Shown here in pieces: positions 51,030 through 64,000 of a stretch of DNA of 64,000 bases; the stretch's first letter is position 1; each line of letters begins with the position of its first letter. The notes under the pieces were generated by a model. That model was not told where the DNA came from, made no database searches, and worked only from the letters and a program-made list of their open reading frames with translations. Where the stretch lies: positions 7,688,001-7,752,000 of the forward strand of contig OX597837.1 of the NCBI GenBank assembly GCA_951406725.2, written 5' to 3'. The stretch comes from Octopus vulgaris. Its lineage: Eukaryota. The translations under genes were made by a program, and so were the position numbers.

Positions 51030-52630
51030 TAATACCAATCTACCTGAAACGAGCCACCTGCTTTTATGACAGAATTACCATTTTTTTAAAAGCGATCTTA
51101 ATTAAAACTGTCTTTCAAAATTCCATTTTAATTTATGTTCCAAGTTCCAGTTTAATAATGATTAAAATTATTTTAATGTATTTTTTCGTTATTTTCAAAA
51201 TTAATTGAAATATTTGCTGTGTATTTCATCAAAAATATGGTAACTAAAGGGTTAAAGTGATCTAAATTGAATCTTCCAATCAAAATTCCATCTTAATTTA
51301 TGTTCCAAACTCCATTTCAATAAAGACAAAGTTATTTTACTGTATTGCTCTTACTCATTTACTAGTTTCAGTCATTTGACTGCGACCATGCTGAAGCACT
51401 GCCTTTAGTCGAGCAAATCGACCCCCCAGGACTTATTCTTTGTAAACCTAGTACTTATTCAATCAGTCTCTTTTGCTGAACCACTAAGTTATGGGGACAT
51501 AAGCACACCACCATCGGTTGTCAAGTGATGTTGGGGGGACAAACACAGACACACAAATATATACACACACATACATATATATATAGGGAGAGTTTATGAA
51601 AAAAAACAAAAGACGAAGACAGGTGGTGTACAAAACAAACAGATGTATTAGTATAACGCTCAGGAATAGAAAAAGTCTTTTATGTTTTGAGCCTATGCTC
51701 TTCTACAGAAAGGGACACAGAAAAAACAAGGAGAGAAAAAAATGTGTGTAGTGGCTAACAATCTATCATGGCGACTGACAGGCTTCTTTCAGTTTCCGTC
51801 TACCAAATCCACTCACAAGGCTTTGGTCATCCCGAAGCTATAGTAGAAGACACTTGCCCAAGGTGCCACGCAGTGGGACTGAACCCAGAACCATGAGGTT
51901 GGTAAGCAAGCTACTTACCACACAGCCACTCCTGCACCTATTCTTCATTATCTTTTTCAAAATTAATTGAAATAAAGGCTATGTATTTTGAAAAATAATA
52001 TGGTAGCGAAAGAGTTAATGTGACCTAAATTAAAATCTTCCACCAAAATTCCATCTTAATTTATGTTCCAAGCTCAAGTCTAATAACGCCAAAGACATTT
52101 CAATAAGTTTTGCATTATTTTCAGAATTAATTTTGAACCAAAAACGGTATATTCCAACACAACCCTTTTATTACAAACAAGTCGAAGACCATTCTTGGTT
52201 CTATGATTCTAATTTCCTCTTTTAAAGTGATTTAAATTAAAACCTTCCAGGAAAATTCCATGTTGGTTCATAATCCAAACACCAGTTTAATTTGGAGAAA
52301 GTTATTTCAATAAATTCTATATTAGTTTCAAAATTAATTTTGGAGAACAAAGGCTGTAGTTATCGACATAAATACAGCGACAAAAATATTCAAATTCTTT
52401 GATACCAACCGACCTGAAATCATTCCAGGTTGTACGATACAAAATTCCTCTTTTAAAGACATTTAAACACTTCCCCTCCATGTTCCAAACTGCTGCCTTA
52501 ACAAAGAAAAATATATTTTACGAAATTCTGTTATTTTGAAAATTAATTGAAACTAAGTCAGTGAATTTCTATATAAATATGCTAACAAAACGGTTACCCT
52601 TTTTGTACCAACCCATCTGAGACCAACCCT
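51030..52630. repeat. Tandem decayed copies of the piggyBac-like MITE, interrupted by a SINE
   Basis: Recurrent AAATTAAAA.CTTCC..CAAAATTCCAT.TTAATTTATGTTCCAA...AAATTAATTGAAA...AAGGGTTAA. Confidence 0.6.
51348..51940 (-). mobile_element. CORE-like SINE with a PLE remnant (51586-51775; HHR-like motif 51677-51712) in its TA tract
   Basis: SINE halves flank the insert; minus strand cttt-CTGTAGA-A-GAGC-atag-GCTC-AAAA-CA-TA-aaag. Confidence 0.8.
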
Positions 52631-52636
52631 GGTTCT

Positions 52637-52788
52637 GTGGCTGTGTGGTAAGTAGCTTGCTTACAAACCACATGGTTCCAGGTTCAGTCCCACTGTGTGG
52701 CACCTTGGGCAAGTGTCTTCTACTATATCCTCAAGCCAACCAAAGCCTTGTGAGTGGATTTGGTAGACGGAAATTGAAAGAAGCCCGT

Positions 52789-52792
<4 letters not shown>
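52637..52792 (+). mobile_element. CORE-like SINE 5' half
   Basis: Homology to other copies. Confidence 0.8.
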
Positions 52793-52826
<34 letters not shown>

Positions 52827-53011
52827 AGTGTGTAAGTTGCAGAGTTTACAACACTCCCTCTAAAAGGGTCACTGGTCAGACACAGGGTTAACTCACCAGT
52901 TTTTGCTAGAACTCGTTTACAGCTAATTGAACTGAAGCCGTATGAAATGAAGTGTTTTAATCAAGAACACAACACACCGCCCAGTCTAGGAATTGAAACT
53001 ACAATCTTGAA

Positions 53012-53476
53012 ATTGAAATCAAATTTAATGACTGGCATCTGTGCTAGTGGAGCACTAAGAGCACCATCTGAGAATGACCGTTGCCAGAGCAGCTAACTGG
53101 CTTCCGTACCGGTGGCACGTAAAAAGCACCATTCGAATGTGATCGTTACCAGCGTCGCCTTACTGGCACTTGTGCCAGTGGCACATGAAGAAAAACATTT
53201 GAGCAAGGTCGTTGCCAGTGCAGGTGGCACATAAAAAAACACCATTTGAGTGACGCCATTGCCAGTACCGCCTCACTGGCCCCCGTGCCGGTGGCACGTA
53301 AAAGCACCCACTACACTCTCGGAGTGGCTGGTGTTAGGAAGGGCATCCAGCTGTAGAAACTCTGCCCGATCAGATAGGAGCCTGGTGCAGCCTCCTGGGT
53401 CCCCAGACCTCAGTCAAATCGTCCAACTCATGCTAGCATGGAAAGCGGACGTTAAATGATGATGATGATGATGATG
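53012..53476 (+). mobile_element. RTE LINE 3' UTR with subrepeats and (GAT)n tail, nested in a decayed minus-strand SINE (~52860-53515)
   Basis: Homology to 11930-12332; flanks resemble the 18772-19110 family. Confidence 0.75.
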
Positions 53477-54298
53477 AATCTTACAAGTGCAGTGCTCTAA
53501 CCACTAAGCCCCATGTATTTACTGAAGTATATGTTTGCTGTGAGTACATTCAGACGCAATGGCACATTTTGCTTATTGAGTATCATGTTTTACCATTTTT
53601 GTTTTTTCTTTTTTTGGCACTGAGATTCCAGGCCACTCAATTCTTCATAGCAACTGCAACTGGTTAGTGTATCTCTCAGACATCATAGAAAAAATTCCAT
53701 TTTATCATTTACATTTGGCTTCATAGGTCTATCTAAGATGTCTTCAAAACCAGATAAGAAATTAATCAAAGACCTGTGTAGAGAATTATTCTTTAATCAT
53801 TGCAAGGTTGATTCACATTTGACATCATGCAGTTGATTCTAATCACTTCAGAAGTGTCAAAATTCTTGTAAATCCATAACTTTGGCAAGCCATTAATATC
53901 CAGTCAGAGACGTTTTTCACACATCAGAAGCTGTCGACCAATAAAATCGTTTCAATCACTTTTCATGCAAATAAAACAGCTCGGCACATACGTAAGCAGG
54001 ACTTTCATGATCTCATCTAAATATACTTTTAGTAATTAACGTTAACGACATAAAGCAATTATAAAATAACCAAATAACCAATAACCGTTACCTCGTTTAA
54101 GACTGATTCATTCATCACTGATGTTCCACTGTGAACCATGTTGTGTTTATCACAGACTGACCTGCGTACACAGAGGTTGGCTATCAGTCAAAAATTCTGC
54201 TTATACTGCAAAAAATCTGCTGCACTTATCACCTATTATGTGCAGAAATGCATAATGCACCAATTACTACTTGTGCATATATTTCTGTTACAATATTT

Positions 54299-56390
54299 AT
54301 TTCTTTACTGCCCACAAGGGGCTAAACGCAGAAGGCACGAACAAGGACAGACAAATGGATTACGTCGATTATATCGACCCCAGTGCGTAACTGGTACTTA
54401 TTTAATCGACCCCGAAAGGATGAAAGGCAAAGTCGACCTCGGCGGAATTTGAACTCAGAACGTAGCGGCAGACGAAACACCTGTTTCTTTATTACCCACA
54501 AGGGGCTAAGCACAGAAAGGACAAACAAGGACAGACAAACGGATTAAGTTGATTACATCAACCCCATGAGTAACTGGTACTTATTTAATCGACCCTGAAA
54601 GGATGAAAGGCAAAGTCCACTTCGGCGGAATTTGAACTCAGAACGTAGCAGCAGACGAAATACCTGTTTCTTTATTACCCACAAGGGGCTAAACACAGAG
54701 GGGACAAACAAGGACAGACAAATGGATTACATCGATTATATCGACCCCAGTGCGTAACTGGTACTTATTTAATTGACCCCGAAAGGATGAAAGGCAAAGT
54801 CGACCTCGGTGGAATTTGAACTCAGAACGTAGCGGCAGACGAAATACCTGTTTCTTTATTACCCACAAGGGGCTAAACACAGAGGGGACAAACAAGGACA
54901 GACACATGGATTACGTCAATTACATCGATCCCAGTGCGTAGCTGGTATTTATTTAATCGACCCCGAAAGGATGAAAGGCAAAGTCGACCTCGGTGGAATT
55001 TGAACTCAGAATGTAGCGGCAGACGAAATACCTGTTTCTTTATTACCCACAAGGGGCTAAACACAGAGGGGACAAACAAGGACAGACAAACGGATTAAGT
55101 CGATTATATCGACCCCAGTGAGTAACTGGTACTTATTTAATCGACCCCGAAAGGATGAAAGGCAAAGTCAACCTCGGTGGAATTTGAACTCAGAATGTAA
55201 CGGCAGATGAAATACCTGTTTCTTTATTACCCACAAGGGGTTAAACACAGAGGGGACAAACAAGGACAGACACACGGATTACGTCAATTACATCGACCCC
55301 AGTGCGTAGCTGGTATTTATTTAATCGATCCCGAAAGGATGAAAGGCAAAGTCGACCTCGGTGGAATTTGAACTCAGAATGTAACGGCAGACAAAATACC
55401 TGTTTCTTTATTACCCACAAGGGGCTAAACACAGAGGGGACAAACAAGGACAGACAAACGGATTAAGTCGATTATATCGACCCCAGTGCGTAACTGGTAC
55501 TTGTTTAATCGACCCCGAAAGGATGAAAGGCAAAGTCGACCTCAGTGGAATTTGAACTCAGAACGTAGCGGCAAACAAAATACCTGTTTCTTTATTACCC
55601 ACAAGGGGCTAAACACAGAGGGGACAAACAAGGACAGACAAACGGATTAAGTCGATTATATCGACCCCAGTGCGTAACTGGTACTTATTTAATCGACCCC
55701 GAAAGGATGAAAGGCAAAGTCGACCTCGGTGGAATTTGAACTCAGAACGTAGCGGCAGACGAAATACCTGTTTCTTTATTACCCACAAGGGGCTAAACAC
55801 AGAGGGGACAAACAAGGACAGACACACAGATTACGTCAATTACATCAACCCCAGTGCATAACTGGTATTTATTTAATCGACCCCGAAAGGATGAAAGGCA
55901 AAGTTGACCTCGGCGGAATTTGAACTCAGAACGTAGCGGCAGACGAAATACCTGTTTCTTTACTACCCACAAGGGGCTAAACACAGAAGGACAAACAAGG
56001 GCGGACAAACGGATTAAGTCGATTATATCAACTCCAGTGCATAACTGGTACTTAATTTATTGACCCTGAAAGGATGAAAGGCAAAGTCGACCTCGGCAGA
56101 ATTTGAACTCAGAATGTAACGACAAGCAAAATGCTGATAAGCCTTTCCTTTGGCATGCTAATGATTCTGCCAGCTAATTGTCATAATTTGAACTCAGAAC
56201 GTAGCGGCAGATGAAATACAAATGGATTAAGTCAATTATATCGATCCCAGTGCGTAACTGGTATTTATTTAATCGACCCTGAAAGGATGAAAGGCAAAGT
56301 TGACCTCGGCGGAATTTGAACTCAGAACGTAACAGCAGACGAAATACCGCAAAGAATTTCGCCAGGTGTGCTAACGATTCTACCAGCTCA
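54299..56390 (-). repeat. Tandem array of ~10 head-less 184-bp Meta-like SINE units plus a partial headed unit
   Basis: Unit starts at ~54299, 54484, 54667, 54851, 55035, 55219, 55403, 55587, 55771, 55955. Confidence 0.95.
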
Positions 56391-56691
56391 TTTCTTATAT
56401 AGATATGGAATTATGTACTTATACCATTGACATGGCACCAGTAAACAGGAAAAAAAAACGTGAAGGTACCTGGCCCTAACAAATGATGCAGACAAGTGTG
56501 TTCTCTACAGGAAATGGCAGAGATGGTCAAGAAATTATAACGGAAGATTCACTACTGTGAGTTGGGAGTTCATGGTCAAGGAATTCATTCCAATACAAAG
56601 GTGCCTGATCTTAACAAAATATGCGCACACACACACACACATATATATATACATACACACAAGCACAAATATACATATATATAGAGATACA

Positions 56692-57097
56692 GGGGCAGGA
56701 GTGGCTGTGTGGTAAGTAGCTTGCTTACCAGCCACATGGTTCCGGGTTCAGTCCCACTGTGTGGCATCTTGGGCAAGTGTCTTCTGCTATAGCCCCGGGC
56801 CGACCAATGCCTTGTGAGTGGATTTGGTAGACGGAAACTGAAAGAAGCCCATCGTATATATGTATATATATATATATATGTGCGTGTATGTTTGTGTGTC
56901 TGTGTTTGTCCCCCTAGCATTGCTTGACAACCGATGCTGGTGTGTTTATGTCCCCGTCACTTAGCGGTTCGGCAAAAGAGACCGATAGAATAAGTACTGG
57001 GCTTACAAAAGAATAAGTCCCAGGGTCGAGTTGCGCGACTAAAGGCGGTGCTCCAGTAAGGCCACAGTCAACTGACTGAAACAAGTAAAAGAGTAAA
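56692..57097 (+). mobile_element. Full-length, well-preserved CORE-like SINE
   Basis: Complete head, CORE-like segment, TA/GT tract and tail. Confidence 0.9.
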
Positions 57098-58224
57098 GAG
57101 AGATACAACACATCCATACATTATATTTTATACATATACATATGCACACAAACATATATTCAGACATATGTATGCTATACACATATACATACAGATATAC
57201 AAAGACACTTATAAGCAAGTATGTACATGCATGCATACATAAATATACATTCATATACACATATATATGCATATACAAACATGTATGTAAATACACACAC
57301 ACATATATTAAATCTCCCATCAACATAAAACTTAATTATCTACATACATTTTAGTTCCATGTATTTTGTACATTCAAATATCTACACCCACATGTGTGTG
57401 TGTGTGTGTGTGTGTGTGTATACCTACATTATACAGCTACACTTTACATGAACATTTGCATTATACATTCACATGTTTACACCCACACAGATACACATAT
57501 ACCGACATACACATGTATATATTCCCATACTTAGTCTCTATATACATGTGTGTGTGTGTGTGTGTGCACGTGTGTGTGTGTGCACGTGTGGGTGTGTGCT
57601 TGAATGTGTGAAAGAGACAGACACACAGACAGATAGAGAGTGATTTAATATCCACAAATTGAAAATATCCATTAAGCCAATGAAAAATGTAAAATAAATA
57701 AATAAATAAAATAAAAATACTGGGTCATAAAAATGGCATGAAAATGCAAGACCTTTTTACTGAGCTTGGAAATGTCTGCAATGGATAATTCCAAAGTAGA
57801 ACATGTGACAGAGTTTTGCATTTCTCAGTAGTAAATTACCAAACAGATCAGGAAACGTTTAAGAAATGTTTTACTTACACCTAAATCATTTGAAAAACTA
57901 AGAAACATGATAATGTATAAGTGGGATGTCAGCTAGAGACTCAAAGTTAGATTTAACTGACACTCTTATTCTTTCTGTTATAATCTTCAAATTATTCCAA
58001 TTCTGAAACTGCTATTCTTACTACCCAGAACCACTGCATTTGTTATCCATCCTGAATCTACCAGTATTGTTCTCTTCACCCACACTTTCAGTTATCATCC
58101 ACTCCCATTGTACCAAATTATCTCTCCCACCCAAATATGTGTCTGACCCTTCTTCACTTCTACCACACATGTAACCATTCTCATACACTACACCGACTCC
58201 TCTCTTTCCTATCCACTCTTGCAG

Positions 58225-58597
58225 CAATAACTCTGAGCACCTTTTCAAACTCTACTTGTCTAACACTCTACTTGTCTAACACATGTTTACAAAGTCGGAA
58301 AACAGCACAGCTCCCATGACTTTCGGAAACATTTTTTCACGCTGAGAGTTGCTGAAGCATGGAACAGACTGCCAGCATCAGTTGTTAGTTGTCGGAGCAC
58401 TGCATCCTTCAAAACTTCAATGCTTCCTGAGATTCGCCAACACTACACCTGATTTTCTCCCCTCCATACACACGCAAGCATGTATCTGACTCATACACTG
58501 TTCGCTTTCCAGACATTTGTACATTACTGCATATACTTTATACGCACTTTCTGACAAGATGTGGTGCACCTGAGCACTGTATACAATAATTTCATTA
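58225..58597 (+). mobile_element. CR1/L2-group LINE 3' end
   Basis: HVYKVGKQHSSHDFRKHFFTLRVAEAWNRLPASVVSCRSTASFKTSMLPEIRQHYT* (stop 58450-58452) has the FF..RV...WN.LP motif, followed by a UTR. Confidence 0.85.
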
Positions 58598-58949
58598 TAT
58601 ATATTATATAACAGCATGTCATCTTTCACTTTCATCCTTCTCCTGTCTAATGCATCGTCATTACTATCCTGCTGCTCAGTATTATCAGATATTACCTACA
58701 CTCTTACTCTCTCCAAGCCTCCACTCCAATACCTCATTCTTTTCCACCTACCTCATATATTGAGAATCTACCTCAATACCTCATATCAACACTACTTTTG
58801 TCTCTTTTTAGCGCCACCTTATCATTCCCGCTCGCTTTTCTAATATGTGAGTATTCAAATAACTCCTCCACAACAAGAAACCAGCTCTGATCTGCCTTGT
58901 TTATAGTTTACTCTTCTCAATTTCTCATTCTCCTAGCTTAAAGTTACCC

Positions 58950-59435
58950 CCATGGCAGTTCTTAGTCTTGCAAGCCACACGGCAATTACACCTATGTTGG
59001 TGGTCCAAAAGAGAGCGCCCAGCACACACTATAAAGTGGTTAGCATTAGGAAGGGCCTTTGGCCAAAGGAACCATACCAAAATAGACACCAGAGCATGAT
59101 GCAGTCCTTAGACTCCTTGAATTCTGTCAAACCACCCAACTTCAGCTAGCATGAAACACCACTGTCATTCATACACACAGGCTTGTGCTTTACAGATACC
59201 AGGGCCACATAAAATGCACTCATCCTGGTGCTGTGTAAAGGCACCTGTGCCAGTGGCATACAAAGAGCACCCAACACACTCCTAAGTTGTTGGCATTAGG
59301 AAGGGCATCCAGTTGTAGAAACCATTCCCCAACAGACAACTGGAGTCTGGACAGACTCCCTGGTTGTCCAACTCCTGTCAAACTGTCCAACCCATGCTAG
59401 CATGGAAGACGGATTTTAAACGATGATGATAGTGA
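58950..59435 (+). mobile_element. Two decayed RTE 3' UTR copies
   Basis: GCATTAGGAAGGGC ... CCAACCCATGCTAGCATGGAAGACGGA..TTAAACGATGATGAT. Confidence 0.7.
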
Positions 59436-59826
59436 TGATTAAAATCCAGGTTGAGTTGAGAAGTTTTTGAAACATGGTGTTTATAATCTCTGCTGGAAAT
59501 TATCAATAAAAGACTGGTAGAGAAATAATAGCTTTGTAGGATAAATAATTCATATGTGATGCTCCATTTAGTGAGGAAGTAAGTAGGAAAGGACTGGAAT
59601 GGTTTGTACACATCTAGGAAATGTTTTCATTGATTTTCCATCTGATGAATACATCACTGGTGGGAAAATTCAAGTAATGAAAAAGTGGACAACTTTAACT
59701 ATTATGTGTGCGATGTGTGTGTGTGTGTGTGTGTGTGTGTGATTGTGAGTGTGTTGTAGAACAAAATTATGTAATCCAACTAATGATAATAATAATGATA
59801 ATAATGATGATAATAATAATAATATT

Positions 59827-60385
59827 AATAAATGCCTTGATGCAGTACCAGACAGTGGCTCTCATGGCTTCTCATCTTATCTGATTGGAAGTGTTATGTA
59901 CAATGGTTTGTCTTGGTATAAAAGATGGGCTACAGCAAATATTCTGCTCAATACCACAGATTTGCTTATCAGTTGTTTGACCTTAACCAGTTGATCATGT
60001 CCCTTAGTGGCTGACGATATGTGCCTCTCTGATCACGAGCAGAAGTAGTGGGGGAGCATCATAGCCATATGTTGGGAGTGATTCTTTGGGGTTTGAATAA
60101 TTCACCTCTGGAGACATGGGTGTTTCGTTCAACATCCTTAAACAACCCTTATTCAGGGACATTTTAGGTGGGATGGACTACTCAACCTGAAGAAAATTCT
60201 AACTGGACCCCTACCTGCAAGGTCATGCACTGTTTATCTGGATATGAGATCACCATGTAGCGCACTTATGGTTGTGATGCATGTGCCTGGTGTACCCTTA
60301 TCAGACGGGTAGTCATGATGGGTATACTGGGCTTTGTATATTTTACCTCAGTGTCACTTTGATGGCATGCGCTGCTCTCTCACTC
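59827..60385. mobile_element. ~560-bp non-coding insertion within a (TAA)n tract; candidate TAA-targeted retroelement
   Basis: Complex sequence with sharp boundaries and (TAA)n on both sides. Confidence 0.5.
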
Positions 60386-60436
<51 letters not shown>

Positions 60437-61184
60437 TATAATAATAATAATTATAATAATAATAATCCTTTCTTTTACAGGCACAAGGTCTGAAATTTTG
60501 GGATAGCAGGCAAGCATAATTCTGCAAACTCAGTAACTATTATGTTTATGACGATGATGATGATGATGATGATAAATAATGACGACTGCCATGACAACAA
60601 CAACAACCACAATGTCAGCATAATCGTTAGGATGATGTTGAAGACAATGAGAACGATAACAACGCAGGTAGTGGTGGTGGTGTTGGTGGTGATGGTGATG
60701 ATGATGATGGAGATGAGGTCTACATAGGAAGGAGAATGGAGAAAGAGGATTAGAGGAGAGACAAACAGACAAACAGACAGAGAGACAGAAACAGAGAGAA
60801 TTTGGTGGGGGGGAGAAAAAAAAAGGGAAAAAATACAAATTTCATGAAAAATTAAAAGAACACACATACACACACACAAATATATATATATATACAGAAA
60901 TAAAAAATAAAAATAAGCAATAAATAAATAAATAAATAAAAACAAAAAACAACAACAACAAAACAAAAACAAACAAACTGAACAGAACACAAAATTTAAA
61001 TTAAATTAAATTCTCCTAAATAAATAACCAAACAAAATGACGAAGAAAAAGCAAAGAGATTTTAACATAAAATCGATAAAGTTACAAAGGAAAAAACCTA
61101 AGTACTTAAGTTACATCCATCTTTACTTCTTCAACAAAGATTGGACAGGTTTCCTCTCTCTCCCCCTCCTTCACTTTTTCACTT

Positions 61185-61216
61185 ATTACCATTATTATTA
61201 GTATTATTATTATTAG

Positions 61217-61250
<34 letters not shown>

Positions 61251-62290
61251 GCTATTGCTGCTGCTGTTGTTGTTGGGGCTATCATCATCATCATCATCAC
61301 CATCATTATTGCTATCTTCACCACTATTATTACTATTATTATTATTGTTATCATTATTACTGTTATTGAAGTGATGGTGGTGGTGGTTGTGGTAGAGATG
61401 GTGGTAGTAGAAGTAGTGATTGATGGTGGTGGTTGTGGTGTTGGTGGTTGTAGTAGAAGTAGTAATAGTAGTGATGGTGGTGGTGGTGATTGTGGTAGCT
61501 GTAGTAGTAGTAGTGATGGTGGTGGTGGTGGTAGTACAAGTTATTATTACTATTATCATTATTATTATCGCTATTATTACTACTTCTACTACTACAATTA
61601 TTCTTATTGTTATCATTATTACTACTACTACTACTACTATTATTATTGTTATCGTTATTATTATTACTACTACTACTACTACTACTACTATTATTATCAT
61701 CATCATCATCATCATTGTTGTTGTTATTATTACTATTATTATCGGAGTTCTTCTTCTTGTACTTATCATTATTGTTGTTGTTGTTGTTACTGTGGTTTTT
61801 ATTGTTTTGTTTTTATTCTGTATTAGGTTTTTGGATTTCCAAATTTTATTGTTTTTATTTTACTGTATAAATTTTTTTTTGTTTTGTTTTGTTGTCATTT
61901 CGATGATCATGCTTTTGAAGTAGTGGTGAGGACGGTGACGAGGTAGTAGTGGTGGTGTTGGTGGTAGTTGTGGTGGAGGTGGTGGTAGCTGTTGTAGTAG
62001 TAGTAGTGATGGTGGTGGTGGTTGTGGTAGTAGTAGTAGTAGTGATGGTGGTGGTGGTGGTAGTTGTGGTGGAGGTGGAGGTAGCTGTAGTAGTAGTGAC
62101 GGTGGTGGTTGTAGTGATGGTGGCGGATGTGGTAGCTGTAGTAGTAGTGATGGTGGTGGTTGTGGTAGTGGTGGAGGTGGTGATTGTGGTGGTAGCTCTA
62201 GTAGTAGTGGTGGTGGTGGTGGTACAAGAGATAGTAGTAGATGTAGTAGTAGTAGTAGTAGTATTAGCAACAGTAGCTGGTGCTAGTGTG
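61185..62290. repeat. Mixed triplet microsatellites (ATT, GTG, GTA, ACT, CAT)
   Basis: Direct inspection. Confidence 0.95.
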
Positions 62291-62519
62291 GATGGGAGTG
62301 AGGAGCGGGAGGAGGGGGTACAAGTGTGATATGTCAAAACCTCTCAACATTCACTCCCCCCCCCACACACACACTCACCCTCCCTATCTATGTCTCTCCC
62401 TCTCTCTACCCCCCCCCCCATCTCCCCCCTGTCATCACCCCAGCACTGGATTATCTTCTTCCACCCACTTTACAATACACCTCCATACCAAGAGAAGATA
62501 AGCAGGACTTTATAATATG

Positions 62520-62577
<58 letters not shown>

Positions 62578-63494
62578 CATACATATTTAAATACATACAT
62601 ATACAAACATATACATATATCCACACACACGGACACACATACATACATACATGAATGCACATATCTAAATATATACATGGCTACATACAGGTATACAGAC
62701 ACACACATATATATATACATACATATACACACCTATATACATATACACACACATATATATATACATATATACACATATATACATACACACACACATATAC
62801 ATACATATATATATATATACACATACATATATACACACATATACACATACATATATATATACACACACATACACATATATATATATATACACACACATAC
62901 ATATATATATATATATACAGACACATACATATATATATATATATATAGACACACATACATATATATGTGCATATATCCATATACTCATACATATACATAA
63001 ATGTATACAGATATATACCTACATTTCTACACACACATACAGATATATACAGGTATATACATACATCTATAAACACACACATATATATATGCATATAGGC
63101 TTGCGTACGTATGTGCACATATGTCAGTACATATCTATACACAGATGTGCTACGTATGCATGCAAGTGTGTATATTTGCATCTGTGCGTATGCGTGTGCA
63201 TGCGTGTGTATGTGTGTCTGTGTGTGGATGTACGGGGGAGTGTAAGTAGTTGTAGCCTGAATGGATAGATTGATGCGTACACATGCAGCTATGCAGATGA
63301 GCAGTTGCGTCACACAGACATTCACACGTATATATATATATATATATATGAACGTGTGTGTACACAACTAGCTAAATACGACGGTTGTGGTACTCACTGC
63401 GAACTGACTTGTGCTTCGACAACCCTTCTAACCCATGCTGACATGGAAAACAGACATGATAATGATGATGATGGTGGTACATGTCCATATATAT

Positions 63495-63740
63495 ATATAC
63501 ATGCCTACACCAGCATATATATATGCCTACACCAGCATATATATATATGCCTACACCAGCATATATATATATATGTATATACATACATACACCAGCATAT
63601 ATATATATGTATATACATACATACACCAGCATATATATATATGTATATACATACATACACCAGCATATATATATATGTATATACATACATACACCAGCAT
63701 ATATATATATGTATATATATATACATACATACACCAGCAT

Positions 63741-63745
<5 letters not shown>
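63495..63745. repeat. ACACCAGCATATATATAT...minisatellite (~22-36 bp units)
   Basis: CACCAGCAT recurs 8 times with variable TA spacers. Confidence 0.85.
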
Positions 63746-63778
<33 letters not shown>

Positions 63779-64000
63779 GCACAGCATACATAAAACCTAC
63801 ACGCAAATGTGGACATGTGTACCTAGACACATATGTAGGCAGACAAGTAGTGAAATAGAAGGGAGAGAAGGGGGAGAGAGGGAAAGAAAAGAGAGAAAGG
63901 GGGAAGAGAGAGGGGAGAGAAAGAGAGAAAGGGGAAAGAGAGAGGGGAGAAAGAGAGAGAGAGACAGACAGACAGACATTGGGAAAGAGATAGAGAGATA

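Noticed and set aside
54322-56008. Repeated ~68-72 aa ORFs suggesting a tandem peptide gene family or CRISPR-like array
   Set aside because: They arise from the 184-bp SINE unit (not a multiple of 3); there are no unique spacers and no cas genes, and the context is eukaryotic

Overview
AT-rich, microsatellite-saturated animal genomic DNA. The SINE and microsatellite landscape suggests a cephalopod, probably Octopus; this is inferred from repeat appearance, not from a search. No intact host protein-coding gene is supportable, and nearly all ORF-track entries are translations of simple repeats. The window reads as intergenic or large-intron DNA. It contains tRNA-derived SINEs (a CORE-like family, a Meta/Sauria-like family with two alternative tails, and rarer families), LINE relics (RTE, CR1/L2, Tx1/L1-like), DNA-transposon relics (DD37D mariner, mariner, piggyBac-like and Merlin-like MITEs, a hAT end), a complete non-autonomous Helitron and a decayed Helitron helicase. 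The most interesting layer is RNA-structural: about 13 minimal hammerhead-ribozyme (HHR)-like motifs of the Penelope-element type. These include a G3-C8 compensatory core variant, a ~265-bp palindrome with one HHR per strand, and a tRNA-headed SINE ending in an HHR-like module. There is also a 184-bp head-less SINE concatemer array whose junction recurs at a second locus. All alignments and folds were done by eye; boundaries of decayed repeats are approximate.
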